From assembly GCF_003918875.1 (NCBI RefSeq), contig NW_025766225.1, forward strand, positions 3,720,001-3,784,000: a stretch of DNA of 64,000 nt, written 5' to 3'. The DNA is from Haliotis rubra. Taxonomy: Eukaryota. Of the stretch, positions 12,471-26,749 are shown piece by piece (positions within the stretch are counted from its first letter, which is position 1; each line of letters starts with the position of its first letter). A program made the translations under genes and the position numbers. The notes below the pieces were generated by a model. The model saw only the letters and a list, made by a program, of their open reading frames with translations, was not told where the DNA came from and ran no database searches.

Positions 12471-14316
12471 TGTCAAACTCAATCAAATCACAGCAATTAA
12501 TCAAATAAATTAAATAAAGAAAAGAGTTTCATTAAGTTAATCAAGCACCTAAAAGCCTCTCTATTTCCAGTCTCAGATAAGAAACTTAAACAAACTATCA
12601 AAAAGACGTTTTTAGTAATTGTCTACATTGCAGTTATTAACTCGGTATTCCTTCAGACAGGTATCAATAAAAATAACCTCTGATGATGGCCTAGTTTGGA
12701 CCTTGGTGACACAAAAGCAATGCAAGGTAAAAATTTGAAATGAAGACTGAAAACCCAAGCACCAGGTGACCAGCACAATCTAGGTTGTCGATTACTTGTT
12801 TACAGTTCACCGTCCAAGCACAATTGGAAAACCTTGGGTTTTTAGGTACTCTGACCATGTCAGATATAATAAATACTATTTTTTTTATAATTTATCATTA
12901 CATCAGGTAGAATAGTTGAGTGATAATTTCTTTAAAGATCAATTAATATCTAAAACTACTTTTTTCCAGAATTATTTGAATTCAATAAAAAAAAAGTCAA
13001 ACACCATATTGCTATATTATGACAAGCAGATAAAGTTCCCTCAGAAATGTACAGAGGTGTACTTTCCAACTGTAACCATGCTTATTATAGCAGCTAGCAG
13101 TTAATCAGTACACTACAACCAGCACCTCAGACACAGAGAGGACAGCACAAGAACATTCAAGCAGTGATGTTAGCATGCAGGACGATTGGTGCACAGAGGA
13201 TCGATGAGGATGATCAAGGTCATGTACTGGTTGGATCACAATCACACTGACAATTACACCAGACATATTAGAAAATAATGGGTCACTGTAAAAAAAGAGG
13301 AATTACACGGCCCCTTAATCACCTGGGAAATGTTCTGTGAATTAGGAGTTAGTGAGTTACTGTGTTAGTTGTGAAAGGACTTGTTTTCAGGTACAACGTT
13401 ACTTATTACACACATTTTGTAACAAAATGAGCAGTAAACTGTGTGGATTGGTTTCCTGAAAGAATGAAGAAACAAGCAACTGGTTTTCAGTTAACAACTT
13501 TCAAAGACTTGTGTTGTGTAGTGTCTCTTTCATGGTGTCTAAAGGTAAGGTTTGTCCATCATGCAGGCTTGTTAAGCTGAAGTGAACAGGTTACCATGGC
13601 AACAGTCTACAATTTAGGAAGACCCTGTATTAATATACCATGACTATCAGACCTAGACATCCATGAAACCATTATCTGCAAGCATTATATAAAATGAATT
13701 CCTTCCCAAATGACACCCCAGAATTACCTCCCTTTGACAATGAATTATCACCTGACACCATAATATGGAATAATAAAGACCATTTGATGCATTGTTCTTT
13801 TCTTGCTAAAAGGGCAAGCTGGAAATGTACTCTTGTCAAGTTTGTGAAGTTGCACTGGTTGCTGTTTGTATTTGCCCTGACTAAAGCCTGACAGATAATG
13901 CTGTCCATTATCAACCTGAAGAAAGGGGCATGAACTAGCCCAGAAACATCGTGAGAAACAAATAAAGAAGTTGTTACTCATATATTTGTCTTGTATAAGG
14001 TAATGCTGTATTCTACCACTGTTACCCCACCATACAGATACAAGGTGACAAGTCCTTGCTTTCTCCCTTTAATGCTGCACGCTAGGCAGGTTACCGACAA
14101 GAATGTCTTTCAATGTCTTTTGATATAACAAGACATGAGGGATTAAGTCAGAATCTTCAGTTTACTTGGCATACAGTCTATCCACTACACCACAGATCGC
14201 CATGGCCTAGAGGTAACCTTGACAACTATCTAAACATCTGTGGACAGGAGATTTACAAGTTGGTAGCTCAAACACTATAGACATGAATGTTCTGACTGTT
14301 AGCACATGAAATTCAG

Positions 14317-14422
14317 GGCCTAGATTTTCGAGCTCTCTTAGCACTAAGATAGGCGCAAGTTAATGTTAATGTATGGCACTTACGACTATCTTAGCGCTAA
14401 GAGAGCTTCGAAAATATAGGCC
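14317..14422. mobile_element. Palindromic MITE, Harbinger-like
   Basis: GGCCTAGATTTTCG...CGAAAATATAGGCC inverted arms; CAG TSD. Confidence 0.75.
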
Positions 14423-14930
14423 CAGGACTATGTAGCTCCTTACTGTTTGGGCAACATATTTACAAGTTTGTAGCTCAAGGTTAAGGCATGAGATTCTTTT
14501 AGCAGCTCAATGTACTGTCTGTTAAACAAAGCAGCGTTCTCCCTGAGGAAACTGTTTAGGAAATAAAGTTTGCTCTACCCCAATGTGTTTTGTAATAAAG
14601 TATAGTTTTGCCCTGAACTATTATAATTAAAGCACGAGGACGGTAGTCTGAGTGCTTTGATGTTATAATAGTTCAGGGTGCCGTTCCACTAACCGATCTT
14701 ATCTAAGATCAATCTTAGCAAGTTATGCCAATTTTACAATCGTCTTAGCTAAAAGTTACACCCGTTCCACTAACCGATCTTAGGCCGATCGATTCGTAGC
14801 CGGTCCCGATCTTACGATCCGATCCAAGCTTAGATCGAGACTCTTTCGTGCGAGAGATAGAGGAATGCGAGGCACGAGTTATCTCCCTTTGCGTAGTCTA
14901 GCAAATGATGGAAGTAGTTTACGAACCAAC

Positions 14931-15256
14931 TGAGTGAGTGAGTGAGTTTAGATTTACGCTGCCCTCAGCAATAGTCCATCTATATGGCGCGGTCTGTAAT
15001 AATCTAGCTAAGATGCATAGCGTTCACTAACATGAGCGTTCATTTTAGTGAACGCTATGTATCTTAGCTATAAATAATCGAAGTCTGGACCAGACAATCC
15101 AGTGATCAACAGCATGAGGATCGATCTGCGCGCAGTTGGGAACCGATGACATGTGTCAACCAAGTCAGCGAGCCTGACCACCCGATCCCGTTAGTGGCCT
15201 CTTCACGACAGGCATGGGTTATTGAAGTTCAATATTCTAACCTGGGCCTTCACGGG
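14931..15256 (-). mobile_element. SINE-like family C copy, nested in the Harbinger-like element
   Basis: Colinear with the 43708 copy apart from the 66-bp insertion. Confidence 0.82.
15005..15070. mobile_element. 66-bp palindromic mini-element with TAG...CTA ends and about 9-bp TSD, inserted in a SINE
   Basis: 26-bp arms with one mismatch; flanked by ta(a)ataatc / taaataatc; absent from the sister SINE at 43708. Confidence 0.75.
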
Positions 15257-18035
15257 TATTTTTCCAACCAAGTGTAAACGTGGAGAAAAAAAACTAGAGC
15301 AAAATATTAGGGTAGTGAGCACCTTGGTTTCAGGTGCAAGTGCGTGAAGCGCTGGGTATCAAGCATAATATAATAATAATAAATGCATATTTATAGTGCC
15401 TATTCCACATCCTTGGGCATGCTCAAAGCTGTGTACAGATAATTTACGAGAATATTTACAGCCGAGATTATAATTAAGTAATATACTGAGAACAGGTTTT
15501 AAGTCTGGACTTTAAAAATGTCAATTGTGTCAGAGCTTTTAATATGTGCCTGAACCTTGTCAATCAGAATAAACGAGGCGTGACGAGGCTATATATAACG
15601 TATGTAGAATCTGTCAGTGGTCTTGAATAACACGCGGCCTGTCTTTAGAATCCCACACCAAATATGCGCAGTGAAATCAAACATATTTGTATCTTTTTGC
15701 TTCAGAACATTGTTCACTTCACGGCTGTCCCATGACGTTGCAATATTGTTGTACAAATGTGTTACACCGACTCGCTCGGTTGTGTTCCAATGACGACAGT
15801 GGTCAGACTGGCCTGACATTTGTAAGGCTTCAGTGCAGTATTTGTTTACATCACAGAAATATACAAATTCATTTCATGGGGGACTTTAGGGGACGCTCAC
15901 GGTGAAATGCTCGCTCTTATTTTTCACAAAGAATAGGAAAGTCACCATTTTGGTTTCTCTACGATTGATTTTAGCTATCCTAAGTTGGTCATGAGCAACT
16001 TAGACTTTGAATCTTAACTTTACGATTGACTTAGGTAAGATTGGTTAGTGGAACGGTATGCCGATCGTAACGTCACGCTAAGATTGGGATTTTAGGGGTT
16101 TACGATTAGCATTGGCCTAAGATCGGTTAGTGGAACTGCACCCAGGGCAAAACTATACTTTATTACAAAACACATTGGGGTAGAGCAAACTTTACATCTT
16201 TTCTAAGATGCTAAATTTAATACTTTCTAAGGATAATTACGATTAATTTAAGGCAGAAAACAAACGACTGTGTCGCTGACCTAAATTAAGAATCCTCGCA
16301 CAGGGTTAACTGGCGCGCTGTTCTATTGATGTGTCTGCCCCCCTACGATAACACGAACGTTACCAGAAAAAAACAAATGATAACAGTTTGATGACGGTTT
16401 ACGTTCGGATTAAATATCTTCTCTGAATTATCTTAATTACATCTGTCATTAACGTGAAACCATATGGGGCAATATGAACGCCGTGATTTCTACTACCAAC
16501 GTAAGTTTAGATCAGTACATCCAGATGAAGCTGAGTAGTCAAGTGACATTCCATGATTGCATTGTGGGAATGTAAACATTGCGGACGTTACCGTGTCGCT
16601 GAAAACTTGTGAGTCGAATTGAGACATTTTAACCGTCGTAAAACATAAACGTAATGTTTCCACCAGTGATGTTAGCTGCGTGAAGCAACTGCAAACCAAG
16701 AAACGGGATGCAACGGAGTAGTTTACTGTAGGAGGCCGTACGAGGCGATGACAACTGACATGTATCGTGACGTCGCTTACATTGTGACGTAATGTAAAAT
16801 GGTTCGATTACGAGGGGGCACACTAAAATGGCGTAGTGACGGGATAACATCATTCAATTGTTACGTCATCAAAAAACTATACCTTTATTGTCTGATAATG
16901 TATTTTTTTTTCGATTGTTCTAACCGCTAGGCATCTTAGAAAATACCACAAGATCACCACCTCACTTCAGTTTTTAACAAAGTGCCCTTCAAAACTTAAG
17001 CACTGAACCATAAGATGTGTTGTGGAATGAGACACCATTACAAGACACTTGTACACACATGTATATACACAGGACACCACCACACCCTCAACGATAAGCC
17101 TGGGACTGGAAATAGGAGCTCCATGAAGTTACTGCCATTCAATATGGCAAAATAAAAACAGCTTAAACAGTCAACCACAAATACTTCACATGAACTACCA
17201 TATGTGACATATTGTGAGGCAAGCTGATGCTGCAGTTGTATTGTGTCTGAAGATACAAAGTATTTACTTCCAGACATTGCTCTTTGAAAGGCAAAAATCA
17301 CTTGAGGACACAATGACAACTTCCACAACAGATTCTCTATCGGACTGACCATTTTAATATTCTAGGGGCCTGAGACTGTGTGGAGGCTAGGTATGTTTTT
17401 TCAGTTACAAATGCAAAATCCCATATTTTCATATTTAAACAAGCCTAAACATTGTTTTGTTGAAAAGTTGTAGCAACAATGTAAATTTCTGTGACAATTT
17501 CATTTTTCCCCATCAGTATTAAGTAATACAAATAAATTTCAAGCATTTACAAGCAGACCCTTCCCTACCCTTGAAGATCAAATGGTCAGTCCTATGACAC
17601 TGTCTGTTCTTTGACATGTCACACATGATATGTAAATCAAGCTGTATAATTCTTACCTCAATGTGACCAGGCCCTTGTTGAACTTGTTCTTTCAAAACGT
17701 TACGTACAAAGTTCTAAAATGGCTTACTCGCTGCTTTTCAAAATACAGATTGAGAATGGAAATGGGTTTGTGATTGTGAATTATTCAACACATTGCAAGT
17801 GATTTCATATCATTTGATTGGCTCGTCAAGCAATTATTTTGGCGAATACACATCAATGAATATATTTCCATAAACATGTCAAACAGACATAAATTAGGCC
17901 ACTCCCAACAGAGTAAAACCAAGTCCACCACGCTAGAGTCAAATACACAGTACCCCACAGGGCCACCAGGCCTGTCACACTTGGAGGAAATCCAGCATGG
18001 GTTTCCAAACATCCCAACAAAAACCAGATCATTAA

Positions 18036-19430
18036 CCCTTTCAACACCGCAGGTCGCTTTGCCGCCACAACGCTATGAGTCCCCAGACACCGGAGGCCGC
18101 ATTTGCCGCCAGGCAGTAGTCACGCCAAAATGAGACATAATTTTAGGAACCTACCTGACTTATGATTCATATATTAAATCTATCACATTTCACAATGTCT
18201 GAAAACACTTATTAAATTTCAATTTATCATATATTATCAGCAGAATTAAAATTATAAACTATTTTTCGCAATGTTATTGAAAACAACGATTCTCGACACA
18301 TGCTTCGCAGCTGGTCTACAATAACATTGTGAAAGAGCAAAGTAACGATGTTTCGAGGAATTCATTAAATAAATTGAATAAACTAATGAATAAAATCAAC
18401 AACAACATTCATAAAAGTTGTCAAACGCATATATAAAATTACTATTTCCATCTTTTGTGCGATCATGTAATGCAAGTCAAGTCACTGACGAAGTGACATC
18501 TCGCTCACTTCAATCTTCACCGACACGCATGTTTAATGCTAAAAATATATACATGAAGCATTTTGTCACAGGTCATAACCTAGCACGATACGTCCAATAA
18601 GTTCCATAATTTACGACAGGTAGCGCATTTCTTGCTTAATATGTTCAGAATAGCATTATTTTACCCAAAACTTTGTCTAAATCTGAAGGTTTTCGCATTT
18701 AGGACGGTATCCATTGCCGTAATATGATTGGCTGCCTTAGGTCACGGTCTGATTTTGACCAATCACTTAACCCTTATAGCAGACTGTATAAAAGCCGCCA
18801 TTAGAAACCAATCTTTATCCAATAAAATCGCTTCTTACAACTGTGAAAATACTCTTGGCAAGGGTACAGTGATATTGTTGATGTTCAGAGCTTTAACGAT
18901 GCCCGACATCAAACGATTCACCGCATGTTATGCATAATTAAGCTTTCAAAACGGAGGTATTTTCCGTTGTTATGTCATGTTACCGAGCGGAAAGCCACAG
19001 ATATCGGGAAATAGGCTTACCATACATATTATTTAAGAAATCTTTTATAATAATTTTCTGATGACGAAAAATGAAAATATAAAAGAAAAAGGCACGGGCA
19101 TGTTATCACATGTCACAAATGGAAAAAAATCGCCATAGTTTTTGCTTCTTTCGTGGTTTATCTGGACGTTATAAATGTAAGCTTGCATTTTCATTCAAAA
19201 ATACATTTATTTAAGTTGTAGTTGTATTATTTGAATAATATTATAAAAATAAACTTCATATTTATCAACAGTAGGATTAGATCTTTAAATGGTGTATGGG
19301 ATGTAGTAGCAATAACGCTTTTACAAGCTTATAATTTCCTTCATAATCATAGGCTTCATCTATGACCTCAGGGTCTCTGGGAACTCGTGTCATGGCAGTA
19401 AATGCCTCTGGTTGACTGGTGTTGAAAGAG
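18036..19430 (+). mobile_element. Non-autonomous piggyBac-like DNA transposon (about 1.4 kb), copy 1
   Basis: TTAA on both sides; TIRs CCCTTTCAACACC / GGTGTTGAAAGAG; no transposase ORF; highly similar to 37822-39223. Confidence 0.88.
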
Positions 19431-19648
19431 TTAATGAAAACAAGTGTTCCAGAATTGTTTGTGTTCGATTATGAGAAATTATGATCGATTGCTTAGTCGT
19501 TTAGTCACTACGATCAATCTTCGATTATTTCAATTAATCGGAACACCACTAGGCTCAACATACTGTACCCCTTGTAGGGATTGAATCCTTGGCCTTCAGG
19601 ATGATGAGCAAACACTTTAATCACAAGGCCACCACACCAACCCATCTA

Positions 19649-19798
<150 letters not shown>

Positions 19799-19819
19799 TC
19801 AACAAGGGAAGTAACTCTA

Positions 19820-19879
19820 GTGAGTGAGTGAGTTAAAATTTACCGTCACCTTGGCAATATTTCAGCCATATAGTGACGA
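19820..19879 (-). mobile_element. 60-bp 5'-truncated retroposon tail
   Basis: 13-bp TSD GGAAGTAACTCTA; (CACT)n tail. Confidence 0.7.
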
Positions 19880-20067
19880 GGAAGTAACTCTAAGCATAAC
19901 ATGTCACATGTTGAGTATGTAGGAAAATCAAGAGATGAATACTCCTAATCAATGTTCTTGATATGCAGCAAATTTCCGTAAAAAGTGGAATGTTAAATTT
20001 CCGAATTCATGTTCCAAGAACAGATTTGTAGAGATTGCTGAGGTAGCATTTGTGACAATCCAAAAGG

Positions 20068-20420
20068 TGAGGTGAGGTGAAATTGGGTTTTACGTCGTAC
20101 TTGAGAATATTTCGCTCATATGATGACGTGCATGCGTGTGTATGTGTATGTGCGGCTGCTTGACTAGCCCAGACTTAAGCTGGTTTCATAGTGCTAGCTC
20201 ACTGAGATACCATGCCGTAGTGAAGCATGAATACCCCACTCAGACACATTATACTGACTCCGAGCCGACCAGTCCTTGTTGTACCCATTAATGCCGAGGG
20301 CCAGGCAGAGATCAACAAGTACCATATTTTAACGTCTTTTGGTATGACGCGACCGGGATCGAACCCGCGACCTTCCACTCTCCGGGCGGATGCTCTAACC
20401 ACTACACCACGGAGGCGGTC
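20068..20420 (-). mobile_element. tRNA-headed SINE family B (Meta-SINE-like, about 350 bp)
   Basis: A/B boxes on the minus strand, (CACCT)n tail, 12-bp TSD CAATCCAAAAGG; partial copy at about 21390-21625. Confidence 0.85.
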
Positions 20421-20652
20421 CAATCCAAAAGGGTTTTCTTCAACACCACAACTGTTTAGGAACATCCTACATCAGTAATGCAGCTGTACAACCTCTTCCT
20501 GACTGTCACAAGAGGTTCAATCACAAGATACAAGTTATGGTAACCTATACCAATCAAATCAACATTTGTACCACATACAACATTTGGCTTGCTCTGTTGA
20601 CATTAAATGTCCTGCCATTGTGCCCTAAACTCAAGTTATAAATTGACTCTCA

Positions 20653-20793
<141 letters not shown>

Positions 20794-20957
20794 TTAGCTG
20801 AAACATTAAGGATAAGTTAGCTTGTGACCCTTTGCTGTTACTTTAAAAAACATTCTTGTGACGACTCTGATAAACATCTGAGGCTGGTAAATGATCGATA
20901 TTTTGCATGTCAAAAACCACTGGAATACCATTGGAAAGTCTTAGTCTTACACTATCA

Positions 20958-21149
<192 letters not shown>

Positions 21150-22692
21150 TTAGTATGTCATTCATCAATGCAATCAGCAGTATTACCGCTTCATGATGGC
21201 AGTCTGCAAATAAAAATGGTCTGGAACAGACAATCCAGTGATTGACATCATGAGCAATTGTGTTACATTGCAGTGCTGAATATTGTTACTGATACCATAC
21301 TGTTGGTGTATATTAAGTTATTATTGTTCATGTATATATTTACAAGAAATGACTTCATTAATTTATTCCACTCATCAAGGTATAAATGATGGTGGTGGTG
21401 GAATTGGGTTTAACGTCATGCTTGAGAATATTTCCTCATATGACGACGTACATGCGTGTGTATGTGTATGTGCAGCTGCTTGTACTAGCCCAGACTGAAG
21501 CTGGTTTTATAGTGCTAGCCCACTGTGATACCATGCCGCAGTGAAGCATGAATACCCCACTCAGACACATCATACTGACTCTGAGTCGACCAGTCCTGGT
21601 TGTACCCATTAATGCCGAACGCGGTCAGGTATAAATGAAAACCTAGGTGTGCATACCATGCAAATAACAGTAGGTGAATTCTTAAACATATGGATAAGAG
21701 CTATAAACTCCAATGTTTGTGTCAAAAGACAACAAGAGATTATCTTTCAAGTTTTTGTCATCCAAAAATCATTCCAACCAGTTTTTCTCCTCACAAACTG
21801 TAATACCCAGTGTCTTCAACATAAATAATAATCTAACAAGCTACAGTGGCAGACATCTTAGTGATGTTATTTGACTGGCAAAGAATGAAATCACAATGGT
21901 CTGCAAAGTAATCCAACTTCATTGTAGCGACATCATCTAGAAATATTGCCCCATCTCATCTCATCCAAGCGTATCTCCCCTGGAAGCCAGTTTTGATAAA
22001 TTACCTTCCTCCATCACCCTGGTACAAATTGAGCTGATATTAACTGAAGTAGCGATCTGTCTAGTTTACTAAGATAGTGAAATGAGAAAGTGTATACCGG
22101 TAAGTCAAATAAGCATTACTCTGTGGATGACCTTTGTGTGAACTCGGCCATTGCTGGACATTGATTTTTTGGTTAAAAACATGAACTACACTGCCAAATG
22201 TCCTTAAGTCTACGCTGGTGATAGAGGAACATAAAGCATATAAACCTGTGAAGGAATGACGACAACAATCACATTGTCATGCTACATTCAAAACACCATC
22301 GCAATACACTACCAGAATCTGGAACCTCTGTTACCATTCTAATCCCTGGTTCTTTCAACATTGCAATGTTTCCTTGAACATGACAACCCTGTCTTGATGT
22401 CATATTACATGAAATATACATGTTACAATGGTTACTTTCTTGAACATTTTTTGCATCATGTATAGTTTCTTGATGTAATTCAGTGGGAGAGTGGGAGGGT
22501 CGGTGAGTGAGTGAGTTAGAATGGCTCAAGGAATCTATGACATGTTCTTTACTGTTGCAGCTCTATCAATGCTGTCCCTAAACAGGTCCACTCAAACCAG
22601 TGGTTGATAGTATAACCACCATCAGTCAATCATACAATACACATAACATATTAGCCATCATTTATGAGATGACTGACGCACTGGATATTTAT

Positions 22693-23098
22693 CAGGGGGT
22701 TCATATTTTTTTTGTAAACAGCCACTTGCCACAGGGCAAGTGACTATAAGAAAGTAACTTGTCCTGACTAATTTTCCACTTGCCCTGATTTTATGACATA
22801 ATTATGATGATGTAATTATGAAAGAAGAAATCAACATGGTATTTGATGTTAATGTTTACTGGACTATTTATTGAAAAGTGATAAATAGCAAAGAAAGGTA
22901 ACTCCACTTTATTATCATTGCAAAATGAAATAGCTACATTTGAGCAGATATGAAATTAAATCCAACTTTATTTGCGGTTTGAAACCATAAGTGGAAATTA
23001 TCTAGTAGCCCACGGACAAGTAAGATACCATTATTTGATTGCCCAAAATGAAAACTGACTTGTCCCGGGCATCGGGCGATTGGATTTTTGAACCCCTG
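22693..23098. mobile_element. MITE with CAGGGG...CCCCTG TIRs (hAT-like)
   Basis: CAGGGGGTTCA / TGAACCCCTG termini; repeated internal CTTGCCC/GGGCAAG motifs; TTTAT on both flanks. Confidence 0.6.
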
Positions 23099-23351
23099 TT
23101 TATATGTCCTTATCTGAGAGTATACAAACTTCCAGGCACATCACAGCAGCCTGTTCAAGTCTGGGACAGACAAACCAGTCTCAGGGTCTGTACACCCGCT
23201 CTAATTAGTTGACAAACATTGAGGCCTGACACTGAAGTTCCAACAGGGCTGCTGTATGGAGAAAGCAGCTGTCCCCCTAAGTTTGACCAGCACTACATAT
23301 CAGTGACAAAAACACCCTCTCATCTACATGACTGTAGGCAAGCATACTCAC

Positions 23352-23405
23352 CGTTCTGTCTTCCAAGTACATTGTCTTTGACAGGAAGTCTATACCTATG
23401 GTCGC
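23352..23405 (-). CDS. Rab6: Rab6 coding exon 3 ([18 protein letters not shown])
   Basis: tttccgcag acceptor, 54 nt, GTGAGT donor; switch I motif TIGIDF. Confidence 0.97.
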
Positions 23406-24744
23406 CTGCGGAAACAGAGAGAGACAGAAATCAATACTTCATGCATAAAACAATCAGTGATGCACACAAACTGATAGCCAGGAATACTGGCTGGCTACTT
23501 ATAAATCAGGTGCATTTGTTGCAGGAGAACTCTCTCTAACACTGAAAATAACATAACACTTGAGCTACAGGGTTTCAGGTCTTTTAGGACGTGGATATTC
23601 ACTGTGCTTAAAATCTCTTGAAGATGAATATTAATTTTCTAGGATACAGACTCAAACTGTCCTCAAGATTTCTTTAAATGTGTTGGTGTAGAGCATTTCC
23701 TGGAGAAATCTAAACCATTTGAATCCAACAACTGTGCAAATGACATATCATCTGTGTAAAGGGAAACAAAAACACACCAAAACATTAGATTTCTCTGTTG
23801 TCAGTCAGTTACTATGTGAATTACAGCGGGTAGTCAGTCAATCAGCAAATGTACAAATGTTGTGCTGGCATGAAAGGAAATCTCCTGAAACTGTAGTTTG
23901 TAAAGTAACAGCAATATCATTCAAGCTAAGGCACTTCGCCTCCTAGTCTGTCATACAGACCCTCAAACAAATTTATCCAAGAAAACCCATGTTAGTCCAG
24001 AATATGTGGCAAGTCTCGATTACCACAATTAGGAAAATGAAGAAGGTCTGCGAGCTCCTTTATCATATTTTATGATTATAAGTTAGGAACTATTTTTTTC
24101 AAGGTGTACCATGTACTTGACACATGTATGTGTACTTCGGACAAACCTTTACTACGCTTAATGAGTAATTACACATTTCAAACCTTTTTGACATGCAAGT
24201 CTTTTAATCCATGGAATAGCTGACATCTTAGAATGAATTTCTTGTTTACAATCAACCTGATGACAGACAACTGACTTTCTGATTTGTAAAACATGAATTT
24301 ATGAATACTGACTGACATTTCCTGATGACTTTCAAATAAACTAAAGAAAAATTTGTATGTTGCCTTGTACACGCGTTTGACATGAAGTATTTTAAGTTTC
24401 GTGACATAAGAATTGTAAGTCTAGTATACATTTCTCATTCAACTAAACCCTTCAATGATACTTGACACTATTACAATACTGAGAAAGAATCTAATTTCAT
24501 CATTAATTTCTTCAAAAATTACAGAAGAAAAATGATAATGTCAAGGACATTTCTTATGCTATTCCTGTACAGCACAAATGTCGCAAGTTCATTTACTACA
24601 CCAGTAAAATGTTCTGCTACATGTTTCGCTGACTTCAATATCAGTGATGGAATTCAGGGCCAGCAAGCCAGCCTCCACCAGTTTTGTTAATGTTAAAAGT
24701 ATGCCCCGTAGAATTTCCAACATTTGTGGGTACTGCAATATGTT

Positions 24745-24904
24745 AAGTAAGTAAGCGAGTATGGCTCTATGCTGCTTTTAGCAATATCCCAGCAATATCA
24801 AGTGGGGGACACTAGAAATGGACTTCACACATTGTATTGTGTAATTGAACCCGGGTCTTCGATGTGATGAGCAAATGCTTTAACCACAAGGCTACCCCAC
24901 CGCC
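24745..24904 (-). mobile_element. Diverged SINE family A copy
   Basis: Similarity to other family A copies; boundaries approximate. Confidence 0.75.
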
Positions 24905-24909
24905 ACTAG

Positions 24910-25182
24910 GTAGTCTACCTTATTATTAGCAATACAATATTGGTTGTCATGGTTTCTGAAACAGATATAGCAATAGAGATTTCACTAGCAATACAACCGT
25001 GGTTGTCATGGTTTCTGAAATATATATGTCTGTAAAAGACTAGGTACAGTCTACCCTATCATTAGCACCACAACTACGGTTGTCATGGATTCAGAAAAAG
25101 ATATAGCAAGAGATTTTTAAGTCTACCCTATCACTAGCCATACAACCGTGGTTGTCATGGTTTCAGAAACAGATCTAGCAAG
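24910..25182. repeat. Tandem repeat, about 60-75-bp unit, 4 copies
   Basis: Repeated TAGCAATACAACCGTGGTTGTCATGGTTTC(A/T)GAAA. Confidence 0.75.
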
Positions 25183-25399
25183 GTAATCATTTGAATCCTC
25201 ACAATGATGTAAGTAAACAAAACTGACGAGTCAACTATATTTTCAAACCTCACTTAAGCAACAAGATCAATAATTTATTGACTTGAACCTTGAGAAGCAA
25301 CAAAACAGCTTCATGCCCAAACTCTTGAATTATTCAATATGGGCAAAAATCCATCTCTACAAGAGACAATGTCTGAATCATTATTCATAAGAATACAGA

Positions 25400-26050
25400 A
25401 TATATTGAATCATACATTCACAGCAAGAGTAACAGATAGCAAATGTATAAATACCAGCCAATACAACATTTTCTGACTGCAATTGACCTCGCCAGTTGTA
25501 CTTTAAAGATCATTTCTTTCTCTCTGAAACTGCCCAATAGTATTAGTAAAGCATCATCATCACCAATACGCCTTGCCATGTCTACTGAATATGTTCTCGT
25601 AAGGACTAGTTGACTAAAAATATTGCTGAGCAATAAACATGGTATTGGGCTGTTGTGTTCTGCATAAATTTACACATCTCCATACATGTTCCTTGCTACT
25701 AATGACTCCATAAATACGATTAAGTTTGTCATTAACAAGAATTATATCCACTTGAATGATATTGCTGAAAACCCTGAGGCTAAATATGATATAAAATTAA
25801 CATGTCTTTCAGCTAATATTGGAAATTTGTTAGAATCTAATCAGTGGTCGTTGGTAACAAACAGCTTTTTCTGGCCGATCAATAATGGCTAATACTTGTC
25901 CATGTAATGTTCTGTTTCCAAAAACAAAATGTCAAGGTATGTGTCTTTTTCATGACTTCACAAAATAATTAAACTTTCGCATTATCACAGCAAGTTATAA
26001 CCCATTATCTTACCTTCAGGTAAAATACTTGAACTTCATTGGTCAATGAC
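25400..26050 (-). mobile_element. Highly decayed non-LTR retrotransposon RT C-terminal fragment
   Basis: Stop-interrupted motifs resembling KYLG (TYLDILF) and LLYG (MYGD) in the expected order. Confidence 0.3.
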
Positions 26051-26749
26051 CCTTTAACAAGTTTCCGTGTCACCCCTCCCAGGAGGGTGACAACGGCAAA
26101 AAATATTACCCGCTGCCAAGGTAACCGCAAAATTCTCCGCCCAGAAGCTGTATCGTGAATAATCGTATGACGTCATAATATGATGCATGCAGTGCACGGA
26201 GTTGGAAAACCATTCAATTAGCTGTTTTTGAGTTCACTATATACACATTTATTTTACTGACTTTCACTGATTTATTAAAACAATTTTATACATTGAATCG
26301 TTTGCACTCAACTTAAATATAATTCACTGTTTTTATTGCAGTTTTAAGCTTGTCAGAATATGTTTAACTGATTTTAAAAATCCAGCCGAGAGGCAGATGC
26401 CATTTTGTTTACATGTCATATTGTCGGTAGCGATCTTAAAAAAAAAATTAAAAACAATATATATAAAAGGATATTTTGTATATTTAACATGGCGGTAAGA
26501 TAAATACGTTGGAATACTTATATTATGGCAACTCTCAATCCTGATAGTGACTTTTATTGCATTAGGGATACACATATTCGATCATTGAAACTTAATATCC
26601 TCAACTGAATTTACTATCCTTAATGGAAATTTACTGTCCTTAATGGAAACTTACAATCTGTCAAGGAAACTTACGACTGATCAAGGAAACTGACAAGCTT
26701 AAAAATTTATTATGTCCAGAGAAACCACGAATGGAGCAAAAAATGCGGC

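Larger units (their letters stand above)
14677..16142. mobile_element. Non-autonomous Harbinger/PIF-like element
   Basis: About 25-bp TIR GGTGC(C/A)GTTCCACTAACCGATCTTA with subterminal repeats; CAG TSD; removing it restores the host palindrome. Confidence 0.8.
14564..16945. mobile_element. Host non-autonomous element with long palindrome, interrupted by the Harbinger-like insertion
   Basis: Left arm from 14564, right arm to 16194; second inverted pair TTTTCTAAGATGC (16199) / GCATCTTAGAAAA (16931); diverged relatives at about 50040-50690 and 62075-62135. Confidence 0.6.

Noticed and set aside
17657-17713. 57-nt AG...GTAAG segment (NFVRNVLKEQVQQGPGHIE) where the missing Rab6 exon should lie
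   Set aside because: Poor polypyrimidine tract, phase 0-0 with a U2 donor so it cannot join the phase-1 U12 last exons, and no real similarity to helix alpha5.
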